DNA from: Anaerolineae bacterium
GTDB taxonomy: Bacteria; Chloroflexota; Anaerolineae; UBA1429
DNA length: 64,000 nucleotides
NCBI GenBank assembly: GCA_040768605.1
Contig: JAXGMP010000001.1
Location: 1,483,740 to 1,547,739 of the forward strand
Reading direction: 5' to 3'
A program made the position numbers and the translations under genes. Position 1 is the stretch's first letter, and every line of letters begins with the position of its first letter. Under the pieces are notes generated by a model, which was given only the letters and a program-made list of their open reading frames with translations, was not told the origin of the DNA and did no database searches. Positions 29,364 through 38,412 of the stretch are shown here, piece by piece.

Positions 29364-30332
29364 ATGTCCGAGTCGTTGCGAGTGGCAGTCATCGGCGCGG
29401 GGAACATTGCCAGGCGCTACCACCTCCCCTCTCTGGCGCGCCTGAGGGCGGAGGGCCTGGGGCTGGAACTGGCCGCTGTGTGCGACGTGGACCCGGCGCG
29501 CGCCGAAAGCGCCGCCGAGCGGTTCGGGTTCGCCCGGGCCGACACGGACTACCGGGCCATGCTCGATGCCGTCCGGCCCGACGCCGTGTGGGTGCTGGTG
29601 CCGTTCCAGGTCGTGCGCGAGGTGGCCGGGCACGTTCTGGCGCGCCGGGTGCCGCTGATCATGGAAAAGCCGCCCGGGCAGAACGTGGCCGAGGTGCGCG
29701 AGCTGGCCGCCATCGCCCAAGAGGCGGGCACCCCGCACCAGGTGGCCCTCAACCGGCGCTATGCGCCCCTCCTGCGGCGGGCCAAGGAACTCCTGGCCGA
29801 AGCCGGCCCGGTCAAGGCGCTCTCCTGCCAGTTCCTGCGGCACAACAGGCAGGAGGCCACGCACGCCTTTGGCACCGGCATCCACGGGCTGGACGCGCTG
29901 CGCTTCCTGGGCCCAGGAGAGGTGACAGAGGTGCACACGCGCCCCGTTGGCGCGAACGGCGCCCTGGTGACGCTGATCTTTGCCGGGGGCGCCGTCGCCC
30001 ACATGGAGATGCTGCCCCAGGTGGGCGTGCAGATGGAGCGCTACACCGCCCACGCCGGCACGCGCACCGTGGTCATCGACGGGTTGTACGAGCCGCTGAC
30101 GACCTATCCCGGCTACCTGCACTGCTACGACGCGGGACGGCTGGCCTTCTCCTGGGAGAACGCGGCCGCCCCGGCCCCGCCGGAGGTGATCTGCGGCTTC
30201 TATGGTGAGTCGGAGGCGTTCGTGCGCGCCCTCCACGAGGGGCGCGCCCCTACTCCGTCCCTGGCCGAAGCGCTGCGCTCCGTCGAGATCGCCCAGGCCG
30301 TGCAGGATGGCGCGTCGGTGGTGTTCGCATAG
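29364..30332 (+). CDS. Gfo/Idh/MocA-family oxidoreductase
   Basis: ATG at 29364 with AAAGGAG upstream. Rossmann N-terminus LRVAVIGAGNIARRYHLPSL and the EKP motif. Confidence 0.9.
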   Translation: MSESLRVAVIGAGNIARRYHLPSLARLRAEGLGLELAAVCDVDPARAESAAERFGFARADTDYRAMLDAVRPDAVWVLVPFQVVREVAGHVLARRVPLIMEKPPGQNVAEVRELAAIAQEAGTPHQVALNRRYAPLLRRAKELLAEAGPVKALSCQFLRHNRQEATHAFGTGIHGLDALRFLGPGEVTEVHTRPVGANGALVTLIFAGGAVAHMEMLPQVGVQMERYTAHAGTRTVVIDGLYEPLTTYPGYLHCYDAGRLAFSWENAAAPAPPEVICGFYGESEAFVRALHEGRAPTPSLAEALRSVEIAQAVQDGASVVFA

Positions 30333-30391
30333 TGCGCCCTGCCGGCGCCTGACTGGGCAACGCCACGGAATGCGCGAACGCGTGGCCGCCA

Positions 30392-30400
30392 TGCTATAAT
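30392..30400 (+). promoter_or_regulatory. Extended -10 promoter (TGcTATAAT) for the NfeD-flotillin operon
   Basis: A perfect TATAAT with a TG one nt upstream, about 30 nt before the NfeD start. No good -35 element. Confidence 0.4.
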
Positions 30401-30432
30401 GAGGGTGCTCCCGTCTAGGCAAGGAGGGCAGC

Positions 30433-31230
30433 ATGACGGTCTGGTGGTCCGGCTTGACCCCGTTGAACCAGGTTTTCTGGGGCTTGGTGGTGCTGTTTAG
30501 CACGCTGTTCGTGTGGCAGCTCGTCTCCGCCTTTGGCGGGCTGGTGGCGGCTGGCGACGGCGACCTGGATGGCGGGGCCGGCCTCGATCATGGCGGCGAC
30601 GGGCACCTCTTTGGCGGGCATGACGGGGATGGCCACTTTGCTGATGGCCACTTCGCGGACGCGCACGTTGGCGACGCGCATCTTGGCGACGCGCACCTGG
30701 GCGACGTGCACGTGGCGGACGCTCACCTGGGCGACGCTCACCTGGGCGACGCGCACGCCGCCGACCTGCACGCGGGCGACGCCCAAGGCGTGGATGACCA
30801 TGCCGCGCATCATCACTCCTCGGGCGTGGCGACGTTTCGCTTGCTGTCGGTACGGTCGATCTTGGCCTTCCTGACCCTGTTTTCCTGGGCCGCGGCGCTG
30901 TACTTGGGGGCCGACCTGCCTTATGCGCGGGCCTTCCTGCTCGCGGCCTCGTGGGGAATGGCTGGCATGGTGACCGTGGCTGCGTTCTTCTGGGCCATGC
31001 CCCGCCTGAGCGAGGAGGGCACCATGGACGTGTCCAGCACCGTGGGGATGACGGCCACGGTGTACGTGCACATCCCCCGCCAGGGGACGGGCCAGGTGCG
31101 CGTGCTGGTCGGCGAGCGCGTCGCCTACCTGCGCGCCCGCTCGGCCTCGGGCCTGGGGCTCAAGGCAGGGTCGTCGGTGCGCGTGGTCGGTGTCGATGGC
31201 TCGATCCTGGAGGTCGAGGAAGTCCGCTAG
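30433..31230 (+). CDS. NfeD-like membrane protein with a His/Asp-rich pentapeptide-repeat insert and a C-terminal OB-fold
   Basis: TM1, then (H-x-G-D-A)n repeats, then TM2-3, then a C-terminal NfeD beta-barrel-like segment (TVYVHIPRQGTGQVRVLVGERVAYLRARS...VRVVGVDGSILEVEEV). SD AAGGAGG. Followed by a flotillin gene. Confidence 0.8.
   Translation: MTVWWSGLTPLNQVFWGLVVLFSTLFVWQLVSAFGGLVAAGDGDLDGGAGLDHGGDGHLFGGHDGDGHFADGHFADAHVGDAHLGDAHLGDVHVADAHLGDAHLGDAHAADLHAGDAQGVDDHAAHHHSSGVATFRLLSVRSILAFLTLFSWAAALYLGADLPYARAFLLAASWGMAGMVTVAAFFWAMPRLSEEGTMDVSSTVGMTATVYVHIPRQGTGQVRVLVGERVAYLRARSASGLGLKAGSSVRVVGVDGSILEVEEVR
30631..30780 (+). repeat. About ten tandem copies of a 15-bp unit (GCGCACCTGGGCGAC-like) encoding H-L/V-G-D-A pentapeptides
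   Basis: The tandem repeat is seen directly. It is in-frame inside the NfeD-like gene, not a CRISPR array. Confidence 0.8.
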
Positions 31231-31270
31231 CGGCGTTGGTTCGGCCGCCCACCACAGGAGGAAGCATTCC

Positions 31271-32731
31271 ATGGGCTTCGAAGTGATCATCCTCGGGTTC
31301 ATCCTGGCGCTCATCATCCTGGGTACCTTTCTGACCGTCATCGGGCGCTACCGTCGCTGCCCGTCGAACCGCATCCTGGTGGTCTATGGGCGCACGGGCA
31401 AGGGCGCCGCCAAGACGATTCACGGCGGGGCGGCCTTTGTGTGGCCGCTGATCCAGGACTATGCCTACCTGAACCTGGAGCCGTTCGTGGTGCCCATCGA
31501 CCTCGACAACGCCCTTTCGCGAGAGAACATCCGCGTCTCCGTGCCGACCACGGTCACGGCGGCCATCTCGGTCGACCCCAGCCTGATGGCCAACGCCGCG
31601 GTGCGCCTGCTGGGCCTCAACAGCGAAGAAATCCGCTCGCAGGCGCAGGACATCATCCTAGGCCAGATGCGCGCCGTGATTGCCACGATGGCCATCGAAG
31701 AGATCAACCGCGACCGCCAGGCCTTCATGGCCAAGGTGAACGAGGCCCTCTCGGGTGAGCTCGAGAAGATCGGCCTGGAGGTCATCAACGTCAACGTCCG
31801 CGACATCGACGACGAGAGCGGCTACATCCAGGCCATCGGCCGCAAGGCCGCGGCCGAGGCCGTCAACCAGGCCCTGGTCGACGTGGCCGAGCAAGAGCGC
31901 CACGGCCAGACGGGCGTGGCCGAGCTCGAGCGCGACCGCCGCCGGGCCGTGGCCGCCGCCGAGGCCGCTGCGGAGATCGGCGAGAAGGAAGCGGAGCGCG
32001 ACCGCCGCCGGGTGACGGCCGGGCTGGACGCCGAGGCCGTCGAGGCCGAGGCCGAGGCCGAGGGCCAGAAGGCGACCTACAACGCCACCATGCAGGTGGC
32101 CCAGCAGGAAGCGCGCCGACGCGCCGAGGAGGCTGCCCGCGTGGCCGACGGACGTATCCGCGTGGCCGACGAGAACGCCCAACGCGACGCCGAGCTGGCC
32201 CGCGCCGAGCGCGAGCAGGCCCGCCTGCGCGCCGAGGTGGTGGTACCCGCCGAGGCCAACCGTGAGCAGGTCGTCATCGCCGCCGAGGCCGGCCGCGAGC
32301 AGCGGGCCGTCCTCGCTGAGGGTGAGGCCCGCGCCATCCTGGCCCGCATGGAGGCCGAGGCCCAGGGCACCCAGGCCATCCTGCGTTCCAAGGCCGAGGG
32401 GTACCAGGAACTGGTCAAGGCCACCAACGGCCTGCCCGAGGCGGCCGCCTCGTTCCTGATCATCGAGAAACTGGTCGACGTGGCCCGCGTCCAGGCGGAG
32501 GCGATCAAGAACCTGCCGCTGGACAAGGTCGTCGTCTGGGATAGCGGCAACGGTGAGGGCCTCTCTGGCCTGGGCAGGCGCTTCATGGGCGTGATCCCGC
32601 CCATGCACGAGCTGGCCCGCCTGGCCGGCCTAGACCTGCCCGACTTTCTCGGCAAGGTGACCAACGAGGAGGCCGGCCCGCCAGCCGGGAAGACTTCCTC
32701 AGAGGGCACCGCGGCGCCCGCCGAGGAGTAG
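31271..32731 (+). CDS. Flotillin-like SPFH/band-7 protein (FloT/YuaG-type)
   Basis: ATG at 31271 with AGGAGG upstream. N-terminal TM segment and SPFH domain. Long Glu/Ala/Arg-rich coiled-coil repeats (EAEAEAEGQ...), typical of flotillins. Confidence 0.9.
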   Translation: MGFEVIILGFILALIILGTFLTVIGRYRRCPSNRILVVYGRTGKGAAKTIHGGAAFVWPLIQDYAYLNLEPFVVPIDLDNALSRENIRVSVPTTVTAAISVDPSLMANAAVRLLGLNSEEIRSQAQDIILGQMRAVIATMAIEEINRDRQAFMAKVNEALSGELEKIGLEVINVNVRDIDDESGYIQAIGRKAAAEAVNQALVDVAEQERHGQTGVAELERDRRRAVAAAEAAAEIGEKEAERDRRRVTAGLDAEAVEAEAEAEGQKATYNATMQVAQQEARRRAEEAARVADGRIRVADENAQRDAELARAEREQARLRAEVVVPAEANREQVVIAAEAGREQRAVLAEGEARAILARMEAEAQGTQAILRSKAEGYQELVKATNGLPEAAASFLIIEKLVDVARVQAEAIKNLPLDKVVVWDSGNGEGLSGLGRRFMGVIPPMHELARLAGLDLPDFLGKVTNEEAGPPAGKTSSEGTAAPAEE

Positions 32732-32846
32732 CCGCCCGCGCCTGCTCGCGCGGGCACCAAGATGCGCGTCACTGGCGCTCGCCGGGTATGGCATCCGGCG
32801 AGCGCGTTGCGAACCGCTACCTGCGACTGCGAGGAGGACACCCACC

Positions 32847-33986
32847 GTGAACATCGATATGGCCCAGGACGACCTGAGCCCTCTGCAGGGCAGCGCGCGC
32901 TTTGTCACCTTTGGCGAGGTGATGGTGCGCGACACCCCGGCCGACATGGAGCGCCTCGAGCGCACCCGTCAGGTGCACCTATCGCTGGCCGGCAGCGAGT
33001 ACACCCTGGCCATGGGCCTCAGCCGCCTTGGCGTGCCCTCGGCGTTCATCACCCGCCTGCCCGATAACCCCTACGGCTGGCAGGTGCGCGACGTCGCCCG
33101 CGAGCAGGGGCTGAACGTCGACCACCTGGTGTGGGCGCCCAAGACGGAGCCGATCGGCCGCTACCTGTACGAACTGGGGCGCACGCCGCGCCAATCGACG
33201 GGCTGGTACCAGCGCATGTACTCGGCCGCCTCCAAGCTGGGACCCGGCATGGTCGATTGGCCCGCCGCCCTGCGAGACTGTCGCCTGCTGCACTCCTCGG
33301 GCATCACCTTCGGCCTGGCCAACCACAGCGGCTATGAGCGGAACTATTGCCTGGAAGCCCTCTATGAGGCGCTCGAGGCCCGCCCCGACGGCTGCCTGGT
33401 GGGCATGGACTACAACTACCGTTCCACGCTCTGGTCCAAGGAGCAGTGCGCCGCGGCGCTCACGCCGCTCCTGCGCGACCACGTCGATATTCTGATCACC
33501 ACTATCGAAGACATGGCCGCGCTGTACGGCCTGGGCGCTGGCCGCTACAGCCCCGACGAGATCGTCAAGGGCGACTTGGGCCCGCTAAGCGACCAGGACC
33601 TGCAGGCCTTCATGGCTGCCCTCCACGAGCGCTTCCGCCCTCAGATCGTGGCCGTCACCATCCGCTATCCCGACACGTTCGAGGAGCACCGCTGGGAATC
33701 GGCGGCGATGGATGCCGCGGGCAGCTACTTCCGCTCGCCGGCGGTGCGCAACATCGTGCTCTGGGATCGGCTGGGCGGCGGCGACACCTGGAACGCCGGC
33801 TTTTACTACGGCCTCCTCTCTGAAGAGGACCCCGCCCGACGGCTGGAGAAGGGCGTCATGGTGGGGGACGCGGCCACCTGCCTGAAGCAGACGCTCATGT
33901 TTGACCTGCCCATCGTCACCCGGCAGGAGGTTCAGGCCCTGCTGAACGCCTGGGCCAAGGGTGGCGGCAAGCGCACCGCGCGCTGA
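32847..33986 (+). CDS. PfkB-family sugar kinase
   Basis: GTG start with GAGGAGGA 8 nt upstream. C-terminal DRLGGGDTWNAGFYYGL motif (DTxGAGD variant). Confidence 0.88.
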   Translation: MNIDMAQDDLSPLQGSARFVTFGEVMVRDTPADMERLERTRQVHLSLAGSEYTLAMGLSRLGVPSAFITRLPDNPYGWQVRDVAREQGLNVDHLVWAPKTEPIGRYLYELGRTPRQSTGWYQRMYSAASKLGPGMVDWPAALRDCRLLHSSGITFGLANHSGYERNYCLEALYEALEARPDGCLVGMDYNYRSTLWSKEQCAAALTPLLRDHVDILITTIEDMAALYGLGAGRYSPDEIVKGDLGPLSDQDLQAFMAALHERFRPQIVAVTIRYPDTFEEHRWESAAMDAAGSYFRSPAVRNIVLWDRLGGGDTWNAGFYYGLLSEEDPARRLEKGVMVGDAATCLKQTLMFDLPIVTRQEVQALLNAWAKGGGKRTAR

Positions 33987-34024
33987 CAAGTCCGTGCAAG
34001 CGTTGGCCAAGAGATGCGAGGAAG

Positions 34025-35077
34025 ATGAACGACGAGACCCGCGTGCAGCGCCTTGACGCCCCGGTCGCGACGATCGGGCGCGTGGCTCTCCACGGCGACC
34101 TGATCCTGGCGCCGATGATCGGCTACACCGATCTGCCCTTCCGGCTCATCTGCCGCGAGCTGGGCTCCGCCGCCTCCTACACGCCCTGCGTGCTTGACGA
34201 GGGGCTGGTGCGCGCCACCGAGCGCTCGCTCAAGATCACCGACTATGACGAGCGCGAGCGCCCCGTGGCCATCCAGATCATCGGCAAGGACGAGGAGCGC
34301 CTGCTGGAGGCGGGCCGCGCCGCACTGGCGTTGCACCCGGACCTGATCGACGTGAACATGGGCTGCCCGGCCCGCAAAGTCTCTGGCAAGGGCAGGGGGG
34401 CGGCGCTCCTGAAAGAGCCGCAGCGCGCCGGCCAGATCATGGCCGCGCTAGTGGCCGCCCTGCCGGTGCCGGTGACGGCCAAGATACGCCTGGGGTGGGA
34501 CGCCGACTCGCTGAACTACCTCGAGGTGGCCCGCACGCTCGCCGAGGCGGGCGCCGCGGCCATCACGGTGCACGGGCGCACCAGGGTTCAGGGCTACTCG
34601 GGAGTGGCCGACTGGTCAGCCATCGCCGCGGTGCGGCGGGCGGTGGCGGTGCCGGTCATCGCCAACGGCGACGTGCGCGCCGTGGCCGACATCGCCGCGA
34701 TCAAGGAGGCCACCGGCTGCGACCTGGTCATGATCGGCCGCGGCGCCATCGGCAACCCCTGGATCTTTTCCCGGCGAGACTCGGTGGACATCCCCTCCCC
34801 CGAGCGCGCCGCGATGATGCGCCGGCACCTGGCCGCCATGCGCGAGTACTATGGGGCGCGCCTGGGGCTACTCCTCTTCCGCAAGCACTCCGTCCGTTAT
34901 GTCCAGTTCTCTGAGGGTGTGCGCTTCTGGCGGCGGGCCTTTGGCGCGGCAGGCTCCGTAGAGGAGGTTCTGGCGCTCATCGACCGCCTGGAGGCCAACC
35001 CAGAGGATCCTCCCGGCCTCGACGCGCCCGAGCCCCCCGCCCCACCCGAGGGAGAGGACGAGGCGCCGCCCGCCTGA
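34025..35077 (+). CDS. dus: tRNA-dihydrouridine synthase
   Basis: Dus motifs LAPMIGYTDLPFR and DVNMGCP. Proline/glutamate-rich C-terminal tail. Confidence 0.92.
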   Translation: MNDETRVQRLDAPVATIGRVALHGDLILAPMIGYTDLPFRLICRELGSAASYTPCVLDEGLVRATERSLKITDYDERERPVAIQIIGKDEERLLEAGRAALALHPDLIDVNMGCPARKVSGKGRGAALLKEPQRAGQIMAALVAALPVPVTAKIRLGWDADSLNYLEVARTLAEAGAAAITVHGRTRVQGYSGVADWSAIAAVRRAVAVPVIANGDVRAVADIAAIKEATGCDLVMIGRGAIGNPWIFSRRDSVDIPSPERAAMMRRHLAAMREYYGARLGLLLFRKHSVRYVQFSEGVRFWRRAFGAAGSVEEVLALIDRLEANPEDPPGLDAPEPPAPPEGEDEAPPA

Positions 35078-35104
35078 CGCGCCGGCGCCTCCCGTGATCA
35101 GTCG

Positions 35105-36094
35105 CTACCGGATCGCCGTGATCCACGGGTTCCGGTCCAGTGGCACCGGGCGGCCCTGGGCAACCCTCACCAGCGGCAGTAGGTGCTCGCGCAGCTCGGC
35201 GTGCGTGCGCGGGGCGGTGCCCACCTCGCGGTGTTCAAACGCGTCGGCGGCCACCTGGCCGCCGTTCTCCGTCCCTTCCGCAGAGCGGAACCCCGCCTCA
35301 AGCAGCATCCGCACCCAGGTGGCGCCGGAGGGGTGCCGCAGCGTGCAGACGCGCACCTCCTCCAGGTCGGGGGCCAGCTCTTCCAGGAGCGACGGGGTCA
35401 GCCGATCGGGAGTCAAACCCTGCAGACGCTCGGCAGTGCCCCGTGCCCCAGCACCCACGTAGAGGCGGACCATCGTGGCCGTCTCTCCCCCCAGGTCGCG
35501 CGCGACCAGCTCCAGCCTGGTGCGCCCATCGCGCAGCCGTCGGACCTCGGTGACGGTCTCTTCCCCGCCGCGGTAGCGGTCCAGGTCCTCGTAGGACATG
35601 CGCAGCCGCCCGCCCGGCACCAGCACCCTGGCACACTCGCGCAGCATCGCCGCGGGGTCGGGCGTCTGTTCGAAAGACGAAGCCGCCACCACGGCGTCGA
35701 GCGACGCAGACGCGCACGGCAGCGTGCCGTCCGCCCCAACGAGGCCGAACCGGGCGTTGGGGATGCCGAGGCGCGCGGCGTTCTCCGTGCACACCTGGAC
35801 GCGCCGCCGCGAGGCGTCGACGCCGATCACCCCGGCCACGAACGGTGCGATGCGCAGTGAGGGCCAGCCGTCCCCCGGGCCGAGGTCGAGCACCTTGGCC
35901 CCGGCGCCCGCCACGCAGGCAAAGTCGAGGATCTGGCCCTCATCGCGCCAGTCGCCCCGCCGGGTCACGTCCAGCTCCTTGTAGATGACCGGCAGCGAAT
36001 AGCCGGATTGCGAAGCCATGTCGTCATACATGAACTCTGTCGAGGGGCACTGCCGGTGCGGCAGACGGGCCATGATCCAGTCAGTGATCCGCAT
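35105..36094 (-). CDS. Class I SAM-dependent methyltransferase
   Basis: ATG at 36094 with AGGAGG 12 nt upstream. SAM-binding motif I VLDLGPGDG. The 57-codon Arg-rich ORF-track extension is rejected. Confidence 0.8.
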   Translation of the reverse strand: MRITDWIMARLPHRQCPSTEFMYDDMASQSGYSLPVIYKELDVTRRGDWRDEGQILDFACVAGAGAKVLDLGPGDGWPSLRIAPFVAGVIGVDASRRRVQVCTENAARLGIPNARFGLVGADGTLPCASASLDAVVAASSFEQTPDPAAMLRECARVLVPGGRLRMSYEDLDRYRGGEETVTEVRRLRDGRTRLELVARDLGGETATMVRLYVGAGARGTAERLQGLTPDRLTPSLLEELAPDLEEVRVCTLRHPSGATWVRMLLEAGFRSAEGTENGGQVAADAFEHREVGTAPRTHAELREHLLPLVRVAQGRPVPLDRNPWITAIR

Positions 36095-36138
36095 TGTACG
36101 GGATAGCCTCCTGGAGAATTGAGCGACCGGAGCACACG

Positions 36139-36387
36139 CTACAGGAAGGTGACGATGAACACCAGCGCGATGGCGAGAGCAAAGAGGTACCACAAGTCGG
36201 GCCAGATCAGGATCGCGGCGGCCAGGCCGATGACGGCCAGAACCAGCATTACGCTGCAGCCGCAACCGACGCGCAGCAAGAAGCGAAGGGGTCTGGTGAT
36301 TAGCGCCATCGCATAGAGCACCTCTGCCACGATACTACTACACACGGTCGCCATCGTCCAGGCCACAAACAAAGCACTCTCCGGCAC
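36139..36387 (-). CDS. Small hydrophobic protein (2-3 transmembrane helices), hypothetical
   Basis: 82-aa ORF between the GH127 and methyltransferase genes on the same strand. Strongly hydrophobic. No RBS found. Confidence 0.35.
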   Translation of the reverse strand: MPESALFVAWTMATVCSSIVAEVLYAMALITRPLRFLLRVGCGCSVMLVLAVIGLAAAILIWPDLWYLFALAIALVFIVTFL

Positions 36388-36459
36388 CCCCTCCGTATAC
36401 GGAGGGAGAATACCGGGGAGTATCCATCGCTGCCTTATAGGACCTTGCGCGACCGTGCC

Positions 36460-38352
36460 CTAGACCAGGGGCAAGAACACCGTCCAGCGCGCCTCATCAC
36501 TGCGGTTGGCGTGCGCGAAAAAGGGCACCAGGCGCGTCCGCACGGTCGGCAGACCGTCGCCCGGCTCATAGTAAGGTCCCGTCGAGACGCCGCTCGGCTG
36601 TACGGCCAGGTCGGTCCACAGGGCGTACACGCCGCCAAGAAGGTCCGGCTCCCAGACGGCCTCCGCCCTTCGCGCGGCCTGGCTGGGCCGGCAGGGCAGC
36701 CCCAGGCGCTCGAGCGGCTCCGTCGCGTCTACCTGCTCCAGGCAGTAGACCAGCGGTCCCCGCGCCAGAGCGACCTGCCCGGCGTTGGCGGCGATCTCCG
36801 GCGCCGAGACGATGGCGCGCACCGGCATCTCCATTTCCAGCAGGACGCGGTCGCCGGGGTGCCAGGTGCGCTCCAGCGCGGCGTACCCGGGGCCGGCGTG
36901 CTCGCCCCGTCCCCCGGCCGGGTCGGTGACCACCGCGCGCCGGCACCAGGCCGGGATGCGCAGGCGCAGTGTCCACTCGGCCGGGGCATCGCCGCCGATG
37001 GTGATCTCCACGCGTCCCTCGTGCGGGTAGGCCGTCTCCACCCGCAGGTCCAGCACTGCTCCGCCACCCAAGGTGTGGCGCAGGGTGCTGGACGTGTAGA
37101 GGTTCACCCAAACCCCGTCCTCGTCCCAAGAGAAGAGATACTCGGGCAGCGCGCCAAAGAATCGCCAGGCGTTGGGCAGGCAGCAGGCCGTCGAGTGGAT
37201 GGCCGGCAGGCACGTGCGGCGCCCGCGGGGGCTCCAGTGGTCGGTGCGCCAGGACTGGTCGCCCACCACGCGCAGCGGGTTGTAGTAAAAGTTGCCGGTC
37301 TGGTCGAGCGAAAGCGCCCCGAGGTAGTGGTTGTACAGGATCGTCTCGATGGCGTCCATATACCGGGCCTCGCGGCTAGCCGCGTGCATGCGCCAGGAGA
37401 ACATCATCATCGCCACCGAGGCGCAGGTCTCGGCAATGTCGCGGTCCGGGTTCTCCTCGTAGGTCTGGGGCAGGTCCCAGGGGCGGTCGGGGATGCGCTC
37501 CCGTTGCCCCAGACCACCCGTCACGTAGAGGCGCGTGGTGGCCAGCTCGTCCCACACGGCGGAAAGCGTCGGCCAGAGCGCCCCATCGCCGCTCGCGAGG
37601 TAGAGGTCGGCCACCGCCTCGAGCAGGTAGCCGACGCGCACCGCGTGCAGCTGGCCGGCGCCGGCGCGGAGGTCCGCGACCCTGGGCGCCACCCCGTACA
37701 TGCCGATGATCGCCTTGGCGAACTCGGCGTACTCCTGGCGGCCCGTGGCCCGCGCCAGGCGCAGCAGGCCGATCTCAACCTCGGGGTGTTCCTTCTCACC
37801 GACGGCGTCATAGTAGGAGTGCCCCTCGCGATGGCGGGCCAGGAACCAGTCGACCAGACGGCAGGCCGCCTCGAGCAGGCGCCGCTCGCCGGTGGCGCGC
37901 CAGTGGGCCACGGCCGCCTCACAGAGGTGCCCGGCCTGGTACAGGTCGTGGTTCACGCGCGTGTCGAGCCGCTCGAAGGGGGGCACCTGGGTATTCAGGT
38001 AGCCGTCCGGCTGTTGCTGGCCGATGACCAGCGTCACCATTCTGTCGAGGGCGGCGCTCAACCGCTCGTCGGGCCGGTAGACCAGCGCGTAGGAGGCCCC
38101 CTCGATCCACTTGTACAGGTCCGAGTCGGAGGCCAGCCGCTCCGTTTCGGGGCCGGACGTTTCGCCGCGGCTGAGGGCCTCGAAGCGCCGCGGGATGGGG
38201 CTGTCCAGGCCAGCCAGGAGGCTGGCGCGGTTGGCCTCGACCCTCTCGCCGAGAAAGCCCGTCACGCGGACCTCCCCAAGGCTAACCGGGCGTCGGCTGC
38301 CCGGGCGCTGCGGCCAGTCACCTGCGAAGGGATGTGGGAGTCGTGCTGTCAT
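36460..38352 (-). CDS. Glycoside hydrolase family 127 (beta-L-arabinofuranosidase, DUF1680)
   Basis: ATG at 38352 with GGAGAGGA upstream. GH127 N-terminal signature (DSDLYKWIEGASYAL). E-x-C (ETCAS) and CC (HSTACCLP) residues match the Zn-Cys catalytic site. Confidence 0.9.
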   Translation of the reverse strand: MTARLPHPFAGDWPQRPGSRRPVSLGEVRVTGFLGERVEANRASLLAGLDSPIPRRFEALSRGETSGPETERLASDSDLYKWIEGASYALVYRPDERLSAALDRMVTLVIGQQQPDGYLNTQVPPFERLDTRVNHDLYQAGHLCEAAVAHWRATGERRLLEAACRLVDWFLARHREGHSYYDAVGEKEHPEVEIGLLRLARATGRQEYAEFAKAIIGMYGVAPRVADLRAGAGQLHAVRVGYLLEAVADLYLASGDGALWPTLSAVWDELATTRLYVTGGLGQRERIPDRPWDLPQTYEENPDRDIAETCASVAMMMFSWRMHAASREARYMDAIETILYNHYLGALSLDQTGNFYYNPLRVVGDQSWRTDHWSPRGRRTCLPAIHSTACCLPNAWRFFGALPEYLFSWDEDGVWVNLYTSSTLRHTLGGGAVLDLRVETAYPHEGRVEITIGGDAPAEWTLRLRIPAWCRRAVVTDPAGGRGEHAGPGYAALERTWHPGDRVLLEMEMPVRAIVSAPEIAANAGQVALARGPLVYCLEQVDATEPLERLGLPCRPSQAARRAEAVWEPDLLGGVYALWTDLAVQPSGVSTGPYYEPGDGLPTVRTRLVPFFAHANRSDEARWTVFLPLV

Positions 38353-38412
38353 CGTTCCTCTCCTGTGATGCGGTCGGCGCAGGGAGCCGGCAATCTGCGC
38401 GTGCAACCGGGC

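Noticed and set aside
30631-30780. 15-bp tandem repeat array considered as a possible CRISPR or minisatellite
   Set aside because: The repeats are contiguous without spacers. They are in-frame within the NfeD-like CDS and encode a coherent His/Asp pentapeptide tract, so there is no repeat-spacer architecture.
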